Shown: positions 37,995 through 49,139 of the stretch, piece after piece
Numbering within the stretch: the first letter of the stretch is position 1
Layout of the letters: the number at the start of each line of letters is the position of its first letter
Source: an uncultured Bdellovibrionales bacterium
GTDB taxonomy: Bacteria; Bdellovibrionota_G; JALEGL01; JAGRMV01
NCBI GenBank assembly: GCA_964497185.1
Contig: CAZCBX010000010.1
Span: 33,176 to 97,175, forward strand
Length of the DNA stretch: 64,000 nucleotides
Reading direction: 5' to 3'
Made by a program: the position numbers and the translations under genes
Notes under the pieces: model-generated
Databases searched by the model: none
Seen by the model: only the letters and a program-made list of their open reading frames with translations
What the model was told of the DNA's origin: nothing

Positions 37995-39283
37995 GGCGTA
38001 TTATCTTGCTGATCATTGTCGGCAGTCGATGCGTCATCGGTGATGATGGTTGGAAAATCCGAGCGAATGGGGATGTCGCTGAGTTCAAGATAATTGGGGC
38101 CGTCCAAAAAGGCTTCCCAACGGCTTAATTGGCTTTGATCTTCTGAAGTCAGGTCCAAAAATTCAAGCAGTGTTTGCGAATCCCAAAAGCCATCATTTTG
38201 GTCAAAAAATTCCGTAAGCTCTTGTTCAAATGTGACGCAGTTTTCAGTGGTCGAAAAAGAGGGCGTGGCATCATTGTTGATGCAAAACTGTCTTTCAAAA
38301 AATGTTTCCTCTTCAGCATTGATCAGCCGACCGCGAAAGCTGTATTGGCCCTGGGTGAAAAGCTGCGCGATCACATCAAAACCACCTCGACCCAACATGA
38401 CCCAATCTTGAGAAGGCGTGTACAGCTCGTTGGTCAATGCTTCTCTTTGTTTTTCACCATACTTGCCAATGTAATTGCCGGTTTGTGTATTGATGATGAG
38501 AATCAAACGGCTGCTTTGATCTCGGTTGTCAGAAGAGAGGGCTTCTTGAGCCAACATGATGTTCCATGCAATGATTTCAGGCTCATCGTCCGAAGCTTGC
38601 GCTTTGCGTGCGTACATGTCCACCCAGGCGTTGGTTAAGTACGCGCTGGTTTCTGCATCCAAAGAAACATGGGTGAGTGCATAGGTTGTTTGATTGGTGG
38701 CTTGAGAATAAAGTGTATAGGTTTGGCTGTTGTTGTTGCTTTGGCGATCTTCCAGGCAGGTCCAAAGATCATCGGGAAGCAGGGAAAAGTTACGTGTATC
38801 TTCCGGTGAAAAACTGGCCTCACCTTCAAGGGGGCTGCTAAAAATGGACTGATTACAGTCTTGATAGCTGGCGTCGTTGGGATAAATTTCAAACACCCTT
38901 TCAAATGCAGTGGCTACTTGGCCATGCAATGTCTGGGGGGTGTAGGTATTGCTGGTGAGCAAATTGACACTTTCTGGACAGTAGTTGATGGTAAAAATGG
39001 TGTTGGGCAAATGACACTGAAATTCCAGCCACTGATTAAGCTGCTGGACCAAGGCTTCATCGCCATCATTGTCTATGCTGGGCACATCGATGGTCAGCCC
39101 ATTTTCAAGCTCGATGGCATCTTGAAGCTGTGGCAGAGCCGATAAACTGGATGTTAATACATTTTCTATTTCACTGTAAGCCGCGCTTTGATCGCCGTCA
39201 CCGCCTTCACAGTGGGCAAAGAGCGCAACCAGGCCCAGAAGGCCGATGCATCGATAAACATATGAGCAATTGCGCTTGAGCAT
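37991..39283 (-). CDS. secreted hypothetical protein (possible lipoprotein)
   Basis: N-terminal hydrophobic segment GLLGLVALFAHC; acidic, Asn/Gln-rich; 430 aa; no family recognised. Confidence 0.45.
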   Translation of the reverse strand: MLKRNCSYVYRCIGLLGLVALFAHCEGGDGDQSAAYSEIENVLTSSLSALPQLQDAIELENGLTIDVPSIDNDGDEALVQQLNQWLEFQCHLPNTIFTINYCPESVNLLTSNTYTPQTLHGQVATAFERVFEIYPNDASYQDCNQSIFSSPLEGEASFSPEDTRNFSLLPDDLWTCLEDRQSNNNSQTYTLYSQATNQTTYALTHVSLDAETSAYLTNAWVDMYARKAQASDDEPEIIAWNIMLAQEALSSDNRDQSSRLILIINTQTGNYIGKYGEKQREALTNELYTPSQDWVMLGRGGFDVIAQLFTQGQYSFRGRLINAEEETFFERQFCINNDATPSFSTTENCVTFEQELTEFFDQNDGFWDSQTLLEFLDLTSEDQSQLSRWEAFLDGPNYLELSDIPIRSDFPTIITDDASTADNDQQDNTP

Positions 39284-39352
39284 ACTGGTAGATGTACCAT
39301 AAGTTTTTTATCTTGGATATTATCGTCATGCTCACGTATGTAGGGTTTCGCA

Positions 39353-40240
39353 ATGAAAGAATTGATCATTTTTGGCGAAACCATTTGGGACTTATTTGAA
39401 GATGGATCCAAGCATTTGGGCGGTTCTGGCTTAAACGTGGCCTGGCATTTGCGCGGCTTGGGTCATGATTGTCATTTTTTAAGCAGAGTGGGGCAAGATG
39501 ATTTGGGCCAAGAGATGCTTGACTGCATGAAGCAGTGGGGCATCAGCACGCGCCACGTTCAATCCGATCCCACTTATCCCACAGGTCATTTGACCGTGAT
39601 TCTGGACGAAATCAATGGCCATCGGTACCCCAGTCCACCGCAGCTGGCTTTTGATTTTATTGAGTGGCAAGACCAATGGGCTCATTGGCCCAAGGACGCC
39701 TACATCTATCATGGTACCTACATTCTTCGAAATCCAACCACTCAGCGCACCATCGCCAAAATGAAAGAAGCAGGCTTTCCAATTTTTATGGATTTGAATC
39801 TACGAGAAAATTACTGGAGTAGCGCCCTGTTGGATGAGTGGGTCAAAGATGTGGCTTTTGTGAAAGTGAGCGATCAGGAACTCCCGCTTTGGTTGCAGCG
39901 TCCATGCGGCCCTGTAGAGGCGGATGTTGAAGCCATCCAAAATTTAATGAAAAAGCAAAACATTGAAAATGTTTTGTACACGTTGGGCCCCGCAGGTTCC
40001 ATTTGGATTGAACCCAACCAACATTACGTTCAAAAACCACTTCAGGCCTTGGCCAATGTGGCCAATACGGTGGGCGCAGGAGATGCCTATTGCGCAGGCG
40101 TGCTGGCTGGTTTGATTCAAAATTGGACGCCTAAAAAATGCTTAACTCTGGGGACTATGTTAGCCGAAGCTATCTGCCACGTGCCTGGTGCGACTTCTCA
40201 CGATCCAGGTTTTTATAAGACAATCGATTGCGAAGTTTAA
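39353..40240 (+). CDS. PfkB-family carbohydrate kinase (fructokinase/ribokinase-like)
   Basis: N-terminal GG motif (LGGSGLNVA) and C-terminal GAGDAYCAGVLAG signature. Confidence 0.75.
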   Translation: MKELIIFGETIWDLFEDGSKHLGGSGLNVAWHLRGLGHDCHFLSRVGQDDLGQEMLDCMKQWGISTRHVQSDPTYPTGHLTVILDEINGHRYPSPPQLAFDFIEWQDQWAHWPKDAYIYHGTYILRNPTTQRTIAKMKEAGFPIFMDLNLRENYWSSALLDEWVKDVAFVKVSDQELPLWLQRPCGPVEADVEAIQNLMKKQNIENVLYTLGPAGSIWIEPNQHYVQKPLQALANVANTVGAGDAYCAGVLAGLIQNWTPKKCLTLGTMLAEAICHVPGATSHDPGFYKTIDCEV

Positions 40241-40295
40241 AAGCGAAAATAAAAAATTCAATTTATATCAAGCAACGAAATATCCAAATGTAGTA

Positions 40296-40333
40296 AAAAG
40301 CCCATGTCAAAAAATGACATGGGCTTCATTCAT
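40296..40333. terminator. bidirectional Rho-independent terminator
   Basis: aaaaagcccatgtca-aaaaa-tgacatgggcttca between convergent genes. Confidence 0.7.
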
Positions 40334-40349
40334 ACATATCAGAAATTTT

Positions 40350-40739
40350 TTACATGCTGGAGCGACGTTTTTGTTCGTCGAGGTATTCTTTGTATTCGAT
40401 GGAATAGCGGGTCCAGGGGCGAATGTTTAGGCGTTCTTTGTTGATGTAATCGCCGGTGCCTTCGCAGATTCCAAATTCGCCAGTGTCAAACTTATGCAGA
40501 GCATTGGTGACTTCATTGAGCAGTTTGCGGTTTTTGTCATGGATTCGGTAGTGGAGGGTGTTGGCGATTTCTTCAGAGGCTGCATCCGATACGTCGGCTG
40601 GGGGCTTGTGATCACCGCGTGTGCGTTCTTTTTCCTCAAATTCTTTCATCAGACTGATCAATTCCTCTTTTTTGGATTCAATCGCTTTTTTATACTGATT
40701 GAGTTCCTTTTTGGTGAAGTACGCTTTTTTCGCTGCCAT
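40350..40739 (-). CDS. DksA/TraR-family regulator lacking the canonical C4 zinc finger
   Basis: Coiled-coil N-terminus and a DksA-like C-terminus, with only one Cys where CxxC...CxxC is expected (GICEGTGDYI). Confidence 0.55.
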   Translation of the reverse strand: MAAKKAYFTKKELNQYKKAIESKKEELISLMKEFEEKERTRGDHKPPADVSDAASEEIANTLHYRIHDKNRKLLNEVTNALHKFDTGEFGICEGTGDYINKERLNIRPWTRYSIEYKEYLDEQKRRSSM

Positions 40740-40931
40740 GTTGAATATCCTCCAATGAATTTTCTAGCTAAAGGGTCTACAGAAATTGAAGCTCTTTGTA
40801 AAAGGATATTTTAGTAAAAATTATGCGCTGACTCAACCGTGTTTTGGACGGTAAGCCCTGTTTTTCCTGGTTAGCGCTGTCCTGAGTTTTTAAAAAATTG
40901 TCTACAAGCTTGAATCTGATACAAAAGTTGA

Positions 40932-41276
40932 ATGAGTTGGACCATTTATCACCACCCCCGCTGTTCCAAAAGTCGTGAAACGCTTAAACTCCTTCAAGAC
41001 AAGGGCATTGAGCCCACCGTGGTTGAATATGTAAAAAATCCCCCCAGCGAAAAAACGTTGTGCACCATCCTTGATTTGTTGGGTGTATCGGCCACAGATC
41101 TTATCCGCACCAAGGAAAAGGTGATAGAGGAGCAACAATTGGATGTTTCCACACCCAGCAAAGCGCTTCAAGCCATGTTGGACCATCCCATTTTGATGGA
41201 AAGGCCGATTGTGGTCAAAGACAATCAAGAAGCGGTTATCGGCCGTCCGCCGCAGAACGTGCTTGGTTTGTTATAA
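40932..41276 (+). CDS. ArsC/Spx-family protein (arsenate reductase / YffB-like)
   Basis: YHHPRCSKSRETLKLL N-terminal Cys motif; 114 aa thioredoxin-like fold. Confidence 0.75.
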   Translation: MSWTIYHHPRCSKSRETLKLLQDKGIEPTVVEYVKNPPSEKTLCTILDLLGVSATDLIRTKEKVIEEQQLDVSTPSKALQAMLDHPILMERPIVVKDNQEAVIGRPPQNVLGLL

Positions 41277-41285
41277 GTCACCCCT

Positions 41286-42074
41286 ATGCAGCTGCAATCC
41301 AAAGCACTTCGAACAGACATTGTGATGGACTCCCTGGGGTCCAAAATTGACAATCGAGCGGACTGCGTGGTGATTCGCACACCTTCTGTGGCAGATCATG
41401 GCCCAGACAACCGCATTATTTTTCCCCACGCGCCCGAGACCACCCAGGCTTTTCAACAAATGGTGGATCAATACCGTCAGGATTTTGACGTAGAAGCGCA
41501 AGGCTTTATGCACATCACTTGGGATCAACAGCCCAGTGATTACCAATTGCCACCGTTAGAGGACGATCGGTGGACCGCCCAAACCGTTGTGACTCTGGCT
41601 GCGGACACTTTAACCAAGCCCAACCAATATCAAGATCAATTACCCATCCGCACCATTGAGTGGAACCATGACTTGCCTTCTTTTGTGGATTTGCATGTGG
41701 ATCCACAAAGGCAAGATGTCGATGTGGCATGGCAGCGAAAATACTGGCAGATGAAAGGCTTGAAATTGCAACAATTTCAAGAAATTTTTGAAGGTCAACG
41801 CTGGGTGGTTTCAGAAGGATCCACCCTGGTGGCAGATGTTGGATTGTATGCCATCAAAGACATGGCGCGATTTCACGCGTTGGTGGTTGATCCTTCAAAA
41901 CAAGGGCAAGGATGGGCCAGGACAATGCTTTACAATGCGTTTGCGCATGCAAAACAACATTGGCATGTTCACGAATGTTTGTTGGTCACGGATGCAAATG
42001 CACAGGCGCTGTATGAAAAAATTGGGTTTGGGCGGATCGAACAGCGCATTGATTTAACTTGGGTGGCTGGCTAG
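41286..42074 (+). CDS. GNAT-family N-acetyltransferase
   Basis: C-terminal GNAT motif VVDPSKQGQGWARTMLYNAFAHAK...LYEKIGF. Confidence 0.55.
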   Translation: MQLQSKALRTDIVMDSLGSKIDNRADCVVIRTPSVADHGPDNRIIFPHAPETTQAFQQMVDQYRQDFDVEAQGFMHITWDQQPSDYQLPPLEDDRWTAQTVVTLAADTLTKPNQYQDQLPIRTIEWNHDLPSFVDLHVDPQRQDVDVAWQRKYWQMKGLKLQQFQEIFEGQRWVVSEGSTLVADVGLYAIKDMARFHALVVDPSKQGQGWARTMLYNAFAHAKQHWHVHECLLVTDANAQALYEKIGFGRIEQRIDLTWVAG

Positions 42075-42081
42075 GCAGACC

Positions 42082-44346
42082 CTAATACCCTGGCACCAGC
42101 GTTTGTTTGCGGCGGAAAGTTTTTTGAATGGTTTCAAGCTTTAATGGAAAATGAATGTATTTTTTCTGCTGCCATAGGGGCACCTGATTGAAGTTGTTAC
42201 GATCAAATGCGTAACCACTCTGGCCGCCATAAATCAGAAAATAATTTTCATCGGGCGAGGATAAATCCGACAGCTGTCTGGCGTTGGCGCCATAGGTGAC
42301 TTGTCCATTTTTTGGATTGTACGCTCTTTTATATACGGTCTGCATACCACCGCTGGTGGGTACCTTTTCAAATTGAAACACGTTGCCCACCCAGGGCAGG
42401 TAGCCAAAAACGTGCTGCATTTGAAGTTGGTGGTAATCACCCCAAGTTTTTACCGGCAAAGATTCAATGGCATCCAAGCCTGTTTGAATGATGGTTTGTT
42501 GCTGATCGATGGGCAGTGTTTGAAACTTTGCAAGTGCCCATCTTTTGATGTGGTTGGATCTCAACATGGTTTTTTGAGCGGCGTCATTGGTTAAAAGTTG
42601 TGCGAGGATGGCTTTGGCCACGGGGGCAAAAAACATTTCGAAAAGATAGGGGGCTTGGAGCTTTTGATCATAGTGCCCCTTCCACTCAAGCATTGCTTGC
42701 CCTTGACGATGGTCTTTGGGAATCGCGTTTTGTTGCGCAAGCCATTGAATCCAAGCCAGGGAGTCTTGATCCATGGTATCGCGCTGAATTTCACTCAAAT
42801 CAGACAAGGTTAATCGGTTTTTGCTTTGCAAAAGGTCTGTGATGCGTTGATGCCTGGCGGGGCCAGAGAAAAACCAACCGGCTTCCTGTGATAAAACGGT
42901 GGGGCGGTTGTTGGTAGACACAAGAATATGATCCGGCGGATTATAGCGATAAGGAAGTTCAGTGGGTTTCTTGCTTTGCAGTGGATGCTGTGTGGATTGA
43001 TAAAACGGTTTTTTATCCTTAGTGGACATTTGTGGCTGACGATAAGCCATGATTTGTGCAATGTTGCCTTGGCGGTCTGCGTACAGGTAATTCATGGCAG
43101 AAACGGCATAAGTGTCAAACGCTTGATAGAATTCTTTAAAATTGTCCGCTTGCATGACTTGCAAAAAAGTGGAGATTTCATCCGATGGTTTGTGTCCCTC
43201 CCAATGCATGGCTAGGTCGTGCATGGAGTGAATCAACGGCGCATCGGAGAGAATGGGGCCATAAGGAGATTGCCGCAAATGGGCCCATTGCCCACGCCAA
43301 AAGCGCGCTTGAATAAATGTCTGGCTGGTTTCCATGGGTGTTTGCATCGGGTCAATCTCAAAAAAGTAAGTGCTGGCGCCATACATATTGGTGCCACCCC
43401 ACGATATCGAGGAATTGCGCCCCAACACCAAGGCTGGCACCCCTGGGATGCTCATACCTACGGCATGGAACGATGGCGATTGGACGCCGATTAACATCCA
43501 AACCGATGGAATAAAAATGCCAATGTGTGGATCATTGGCCATCAATGCAGCATGGTGTGTGGACTTTTGTTTGCCCACCACAAAGCTATTGCTGCCGCTT
43601 TTGGTCCAGCTGTAAGGTAGCTGCATGGCTGGATCTACAGCTTCATAAGAAGGAGAAGAAGTGTGTGCCATGTCTAGATAGAGATCCCATAATTTTTGCC
43701 AGTCTGGGTCTTCCTTGATTAAATTTAAAAACTGAATCAAATACAAACCATGAACATCCATGCTTCCCATTCGTATGAGTTGCGCAACATCTTCCAATGA
43801 CCAAGGGGTGAGATGGGCATCCAATAGAGCCAGCTCTGCTGCGGGTTCAGGATTGGCCTTGAGCCAAAAGTTAATGCCTTGCCGATACTGCTCCAGCCAG
43901 CGATGCGTTTTGGGTTGGATGGTTGAAAGCATTTGTGATGCTGCCAGGTCCAGTCGAAAACTGGCGATGGTGTAATCAATGGCGCGTGCTTTGGGTCCGA
44001 AATGTTGAGCCAGCTGACCTTTGGCGATGATGCGCATGATCGCCAACTGAGGATATCTCAATTGGGCATGAACCATGCCCATGGCAAAGGCAAGATCAGC
44101 ATCGGTTTGGGCGTGAATGTAGGGTACATCCCATTCATTCCAATAAATGTCTACCGGGCGTTGCGTGGGTACATTTTGCGTGGGGAATACGGGGGCAACA
44201 AACGTGCGCTGAAAATACCATTGATAAGGAAAAAAGACGATGCCCGCCAACAAGGCTACGAGAATCGAGGCAACCATGAAAACAATTTTTAATGACTTGG
44301 CGCGTTTTTGTTTGCTCCAAATAGAAAATGGGAAGGGCATGTTCAA
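42082..44346 (-). CDS. penicillin acylase-family Ntn-hydrolase (possible acyl-homoserine-lactone acylase)
   Basis: 754 aa; internal GSNSFVVG where the Ser would become the beta-subunit N-terminal nucleophile; overall penicillin amidase architecture. Confidence 0.75.
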   Translation of the reverse strand: MNMPFPFSIWSKQKRAKSLKIVFMVASILVALLAGIVFFPYQWYFQRTFVAPVFPTQNVPTQRPVDIYWNEWDVPYIHAQTDADLAFAMGMVHAQLRYPQLAIMRIIAKGQLAQHFGPKARAIDYTIASFRLDLAASQMLSTIQPKTHRWLEQYRQGINFWLKANPEPAAELALLDAHLTPWSLEDVAQLIRMGSMDVHGLYLIQFLNLIKEDPDWQKLWDLYLDMAHTSSPSYEAVDPAMQLPYSWTKSGSNSFVVGKQKSTHHAALMANDPHIGIFIPSVWMLIGVQSPSFHAVGMSIPGVPALVLGRNSSISWGGTNMYGASTYFFEIDPMQTPMETSQTFIQARFWRGQWAHLRQSPYGPILSDAPLIHSMHDLAMHWEGHKPSDEISTFLQVMQADNFKEFYQAFDTYAVSAMNYLYADRQGNIAQIMAYRQPQMSTKDKKPFYQSTQHPLQSKKPTELPYRYNPPDHILVSTNNRPTVLSQEAGWFFSGPARHQRITDLLQSKNRLTLSDLSEIQRDTMDQDSLAWIQWLAQQNAIPKDHRQGQAMLEWKGHYDQKLQAPYLFEMFFAPVAKAILAQLLTNDAAQKTMLRSNHIKRWALAKFQTLPIDQQQTIIQTGLDAIESLPVKTWGDYHQLQMQHVFGYLPWVGNVFQFEKVPTSGGMQTVYKRAYNPKNGQVTYGANARQLSDLSSPDENYFLIYGGQSGYAFDRNNFNQVPLWQQKKYIHFPLKLETIQKTFRRKQTLVPGY

Positions 44347-44415
44347 AGTAAAATTAGACCTTAAAAAAATAGGGGTTGATCCGTTTTGGAGGGTTCGATA
44401 GAGGTGGTATCACTT

Positions 44416-45135
44416 ATGAACGTTGTTCTTCTACCCTCATTTGAAGATAACTATATCTTTATCTTGGATGATCCGCAATCATCCAAGCTGGTTGTGGTCG
44501 ACCCTGGGGATCCAGCGGTGGTGCACGGGTATGCTCAAACCCATCAGAAAACCATTGGCGACATCTTAATTACGCATCATCATTGGGACCACACCGATGG
44601 CGTGGGCCCTTTGCGTAAACTTTATCCCAACTGCCGCGTGTGGACGCCCTCCGCTGATCCGCAACGCTTCAAAGATTCAACGGATGTGGCTGCCCCACAA
44701 AGCCAAATAGAAGTGGGCCCTATTCAATGGACTGTTTTGCCACTGCCTGGCCATACGCATGATCATGTGGGCTACTGGGACGCGGCAAACAAAAGACTTT
44801 TTTGCGGAGATACGCTTTTTAATATCGGTTGTGGCCGCATCTTTGATGGAAGCTTAAAAACGCTATGGCAGAGCCTTCAAACCATGGCCCAACTTCCACC
44901 CGATACCTGGATTTACTGCGCCCATGAATACACGTTGGACAATATTGCTTTTGCCCAGCAGCACGTGCCAACACTTGAACTTGATTCATACGCAAAGCAA
45001 ATGGAAGCTTTGCGCGAAAAAGGCCTGCCCACCATTCCTTTTGAGCTTTCGACCAACTTACAGCGCAATCCTTTCTTAAGCGCACCCGATTACGAAACTT
45101 TTGCTGCACGCAGAAAGGCCAAAGATCAGGCATAA
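44416..45135 (+). CDS. gloB: hydroxyacylglutathione hydrolase (glyoxalase II)
   Basis: FEDNYIFIL and THHHWDHTDG metallo-beta-lactamase motifs; C-terminal GloB-like domain. Confidence 0.75.
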   Translation: MNVVLLPSFEDNYIFILDDPQSSKLVVVDPGDPAVVHGYAQTHQKTIGDILITHHHWDHTDGVGPLRKLYPNCRVWTPSADPQRFKDSTDVAAPQSQIEVGPIQWTVLPLPGHTHDHVGYWDAANKRLFCGDTLFNIGCGRIFDGSLKTLWQSLQTMAQLPPDTWIYCAHEYTLDNIAFAQQHVPTLELDSYAKQMEALREKGLPTIPFELSTNLQRNPFLSAPDYETFAARRKAKDQA

Positions 45136-45197
45136 GCCGAAGGTTTAAGCGCATGAAATAGTCGATTTATCTGTAAAAATTCGGTACATGTATTTTT

Positions 45198-45698
45198 ATG
45201 AGTGATTCATCTTCAAGTCCCTTGATTTCAGTCATTATGGGTAGCAAAAGTGATTACGCCACCATGCAAGCAGCAGTGGATATATTGGATTCGTTTAAAG
45301 TGCCGTTTGAAACCAAAATTATTTCTGCACACCGAACCCCAGATCTTCTTTTTGAATATGCCCAAACAGTGCAAGAACGCGGTGTGCGGGTAATTATCGC
45401 TGGTGCCGGCGGGGCAGCCCATTTACCAGGGATGGTGGCTGCAAAAACGATTGTGCCTGTATTGGGCGTGCCGGTAGAGAGCAAAACGCTTCGGGGTGTT
45501 GATTCTCTGTATTCCATCGTTCAAATGCCCAAGGGCGTGCCCGTGGGCACATTGGCTATTGGCGAGGCGGGTGCCACCAATGCAGCCCTGTTGGCTTTGG
45601 CCATTTTGGCGACCACCGATGAGGCCGTGGCAAAAAAACTCGATTTATTTCGGCAAAAACAAACACAGTCTGTTTTGGAAGCGAAACTGCCCCAATGA
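45198..45698 (+). CDS. purE: 5-(carboxyamino)imidazole ribonucleotide mutase
   Basis: [12 protein letters not shown]...[16 protein letters not shown]...GVPV motifs. Confidence 0.9.
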   Translation: MSDSSSSPLISVIMGSKSDYATMQAAVDILDSFKVPFETKIISAHRTPDLLFEYAQTVQERGVRVIIAGAGGAAHLPGMVAAKTIVPVLGVPVESKTLRGVDSLYSIVQMPKGVPVGTLAIGEAGATNAALLALAILATTDEAVAKKLDLFRQKQTQSVLEAKLPQ

Positions 45699-46819
45699 TG
45701 GCACCCGGCTCCATCATTGGCATCATCGGCGGTGGACAGTTGGCCCGCATGATGATTTTGGAAGGGCGAAAATTTGGATATCGGTTCATTGTGCAAGACC
45801 CCAACGAGGATTGTGCATGCGCCAATTTGGTCGATGAACTGATTGTAAAATCCTGGAGTGATTTGACCGGCGCGATTGCCTTGAGTAAAAAATGCGATGT
45901 CGTCACCATCGATACCGAACACGTGCCTTGGCAAAGCATGGAAGCCATGGAAGAACATACCCAAGTATTTCCCACGTCCAAAACCTTGAAGACCATCCAA
46001 GATCGCTGGCGACAACGTGAATTTTTGACCCAACACAACTTATCTCAAACAAAGTATGCCAATGTTGAAACCGCTGAAATGCTCACCGCCGCCGGTCAAC
46101 ACGTGGGCTATCCATGCGTGCTTAAAACCAGAACGTCAGGCTATGATGGCAAAGGGCAGGTATTGATTCAACGAGAACAAGATCTGCAAGCAGCTTGGCA
46201 AAGACTCAATGAGGTGCCCTGCATTTTGGAAGCTTTTGTTCACTTTGATGCGGAAGTCTCTGTTGTGATCGCACGCACACCCAAAGATACCAAAACCTAT
46301 AACCTCGCGCGCAACATTCACAAACATCACATTTTGCATCAAACCATTGTGCCCAGCGGATTTCCAGATGATATTCAAGAACGCTGCTTTGCTTTGGCAC
46401 ACACGATTGTCGATGGCTTCCAATACGAAGGCGTCATGGGCATTGAAATGTTTGTTACCCGCAAAGGAGAAGTGTGGGTCAATGAACTCGCCCCCCGAAC
46501 CCATAACAGCGGCCATTTCACCTATGGCGGTTGCATTACGTCTCAATTTGAACAACACATTCGCGCCATCACGGGGCAAGCTTTGGGCAGCACCGATTTA
46601 ATCAGTCCCGTGGTCATGACCAATCTTCTGGGCGAGCAATTTCAAGCGGAAAACAACCATTTTGCTGCCCTTACCAAGGATCCCAACGTCACTCTTCATG
46701 TGTACGGCAAGCACCCAGCCAAACCGGGCCGAAAAATGGGACACTTTTTGGTACGGGGCTCATCGGTAGAAAACATACAGCAACGCGCAAACCAACACTT
46801 TCAAAGCATCAGCGCGTAA
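45695..46819 (+). CDS. purK: N5-carboxyaminoimidazole ribonucleotide synthase
   Basis: [14 protein letters not shown]-terminus, ATP-grasp domain, 4-nt overlap with purE. Confidence 0.85.
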   Translation: MMAPGSIIGIIGGGQLARMMILEGRKFGYRFIVQDPNEDCACANLVDELIVKSWSDLTGAIALSKKCDVVTIDTEHVPWQSMEAMEEHTQVFPTSKTLKTIQDRWRQREFLTQHNLSQTKYANVETAEMLTAAGQHVGYPCVLKTRTSGYDGKGQVLIQREQDLQAAWQRLNEVPCILEAFVHFDAEVSVVIARTPKDTKTYNLARNIHKHHILHQTIVPSGFPDDIQERCFALAHTIVDGFQYEGVMGIEMFVTRKGEVWVNELAPRTHNSGHFTYGGCITSQFEQHIRAITGQALGSTDLISPVVMTNLLGEQFQAENNHFAALTKDPNVTLHVYGKHPAKPGRKMGHFLVRGSSVENIQQRANQHFQSISA

Positions 46820-46859
46820 TTGGCTTGAGAATTTTTAAGAAGCAGGTAAGCTGCCCTGT

Positions 46860-48194
46860 ATGAGACATTCACCCGTTCCTTCTTATTATGCCCAACGACG
46901 TCAGACGATGTTCGAGCAAAGCGGCGCAGATTCCGCATGGCTTTTTTTTGCACCCCCCATCATGTCCCGCAATTCCGATGTCAATCATCCGTTTCGGCAA
47001 GAAAGCAATTTTTATTATGCCACAGGTTTTGACCAAGCCCATTCAATCGCTGTCTTGACCTGGGATCCAGAACAAAAAAAAGACGTATTCCATTTATTTT
47101 TACAGCCGCGCGATCCAAAAATTGAATTGTGGGAGGGCGAAATGTACGGCTTGGAACGAGCCAAACAGTGGTTTGGTGCCGACCATGCTTATGACATTGC
47201 TTCGTTTCAAAAAGAAGCCCCCGCGATTTTGAAAAAGGCACAAAGCGTCTATTATCATTTTGGCATTCATCCTCAGCAAGATCAAGAAGCCATTGAAGTG
47301 CTTGGCAAAGCCAAAAAATTGGGCGGCCGAACAGGCAAAACCTTTCCGACCGTGATGGACCCCAATGAAATCATGGGCAAAATGCGTCAGATCAAGGATG
47401 AACATGAGATCAACCTGATGCGTGAAGCAGGCAAAGCGTCGGCTCAAGCACACAAACAAATCATTGAAACCATTCAGCCTGGCATCAATGAACGTGTGAT
47501 CAGTGGCCAAATCGATGCGGAGTTTCGCCGCAATGGATGCGATCGAAACGGTTATCCCAGCATTGTGGCCAGTGGGAAAAATGCCACCTGTCTGCATTAC
47601 AACACCAACGATCAAACGTGCAAAGATGGAGACTTAATGTTGTTGGATGCAGGGGGCGAATATCAATACTACACGGCTGACATTACCCGAACATATCCTG
47701 TTGGGCGCTCGTTTAGCCAAGAACAAAAAGCGCTCTACAACATTGTTCTTGAAGCCCAGCTTGCTTGTGTAGATGGCGTAAAACCAGGCGTAACCATGGT
47801 GGCGCTTCAAAACAAAGCCATTGAAATCTTAACCCAAGGCTTGATAGACTTGGGTCTACTAGAAGGCACTGTCGCGGATTATTTAAAAGAAGAGCGATAC
47901 AAAAATTATTATCCCCATGGGTTGGGGCATTTTATTGGCTTGGACGTTCATGATGTGGGCCCGTATCTCGATGATCAGGGGGAGCCCATCAAACTTCAAT
48001 CTGGTATGATTGTGACCATTGAACCAGGCATTTACATTCAGCCCGATGATCAAACATTTCCTGAAGCATACCGCGGTATTGGTATTCGCATTGAAGACGA
48101 TGTGTTGGTGACCGACCAAGGACACGAAAATTTAACCAAAGATGTGCCCAAAACCGTTGAAGACATTGAAAGTCTCCGTCAAGGTTCCAACTAG
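46860..48194 (+). CDS. pepP: Xaa-Pro aminopeptidase (aminopeptidase P)
   Basis: M24 pita-bread motifs DLMLLDAGGEY, HGLGHFIGLDVHD and VTIEPGIY. Confidence 0.8.
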   Translation: MRHSPVPSYYAQRRQTMFEQSGADSAWLFFAPPIMSRNSDVNHPFRQESNFYYATGFDQAHSIAVLTWDPEQKKDVFHLFLQPRDPKIELWEGEMYGLERAKQWFGADHAYDIASFQKEAPAILKKAQSVYYHFGIHPQQDQEAIEVLGKAKKLGGRTGKTFPTVMDPNEIMGKMRQIKDEHEINLMREAGKASAQAHKQIIETIQPGINERVISGQIDAEFRRNGCDRNGYPSIVASGKNATCLHYNTNDQTCKDGDLMLLDAGGEYQYYTADITRTYPVGRSFSQEQKALYNIVLEAQLACVDGVKPGVTMVALQNKAIEILTQGLIDLGLLEGTVADYLKEERYKNYYPHGLGHFIGLDVHDVGPYLDDQGEPIKLQSGMIVTIEPGIYIQPDDQTFPEAYRGIGIRIEDDVLVTDQGHENLTKDVPKTVEDIESLRQGSN

Positions 48195-48220
48195 TTTTTG
48201 ATCTTCGTATTGACCAAACG

Positions 48221-49018
48221 CTATTGGTCTAGGGGTTGGCCCAGGCCATACTTTGGACTGCGTTGATACATGCGCAGGGCTTCATCCATTTTTTCCTGTA
48301 GGTCGTTGATGCGTGTGCCTGACCCAGGGTGGGTAGATAGAAATTCTGGTGGCGCTTGCCCGCCGGTGGCCTGCGCAAATCGTTGCCAAAACGCGACGGC
48401 TTGTCGTGGATCATATCCCGCCTGAGCCATGTATTCCAAGCCAATGCGATCGGCTTGCGTTTCGTGTTGGCGGCCATAAGGAAGCAGTAAGCCCAAATTG
48501 GTGCCCACACCCAATAGTCCCATGATTTGGTCGTGATTGGGTGAGTTTTGTAAACCGCCACTAACCACGCCCAACACCGTTTGCAGGCCCATTTCCTGAG
48601 AAATACGCTGGCCCGAATGTCGTAGGGTGGCGTGTGCAACTTCGTGACCAATCACGGCAGCCATACCGGCTTCGTTTTGCATGTAAGGTAGAATGCCGGT
48701 GTAAACTGCAATTTTCCCACCAGGCATGCACCAGGCATTGAGTTCATCCGATGCAATGAGGTTGTATTCCCAGTTAAAATCTGGACGATTGGCCACATCG
48801 GCAATGCGGCGGCCCACGCGTTGCAAAATGCTGTAGGCGGGCTCGATTTTAACAATTTTTTCTTCTTTTAAAACTTCTGCATAGCCCTGTGCGCCCATTT
48901 CATTTTCTTGTTCAACGGTGGTGAGCATAAATTTGCTTTCACCGGTTTCAGGAATTTTCACGCACCCAGTTGTGGTCGCAAAAAGTAAAATCAGAGTTGT
49001 TATTTGCCATGGTTTCAT
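48221..49018 (-). CDS. M48-family zinc metalloprotease, predicted lipoprotein
   Basis: HEVAHATLRH (HExxH); signal peptide with a lipobox-like TTTGC. Confidence 0.75.
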   Translation of the reverse strand: MKPWQITTLILLFATTTGCVKIPETGESKFMLTTVEQENEMGAQGYAEVLKEEKIVKIEPAYSILQRVGRRIADVANRPDFNWEYNLIASDELNAWCMPGGKIAVYTGILPYMQNEAGMAAVIGHEVAHATLRHSGQRISQEMGLQTVLGVVSGGLQNSPNHDQIMGLLGVGTNLGLLLPYGRQHETQADRIGLEYMAQAGYDPRQAVAFWQRFAQATGGQAPPEFLSTHPGSGTRINDLQEKMDEALRMYQRSPKYGLGQPLDQ

Positions 49019-49139
49019 AGAAGCTACCTTTCATTCTTTTAAAAAGGATGTAAGCGGCCTCTACGCAAAAGTCAACTTACTATCAGAGGGAAAGAAAAAT
49101 GGTTAAAATCAATCAGCGCGATATTGGATGCATCGGCTT

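Noticed and set aside
45521-46038. Two ~165-aa minus-strand ORFs
   Set aside because: They are antisense to purK, and PurK motifs are unambiguous on the plus strand.
47100-47615. 171-aa minus-strand ORF
   Set aside because: It is antisense to pepP.
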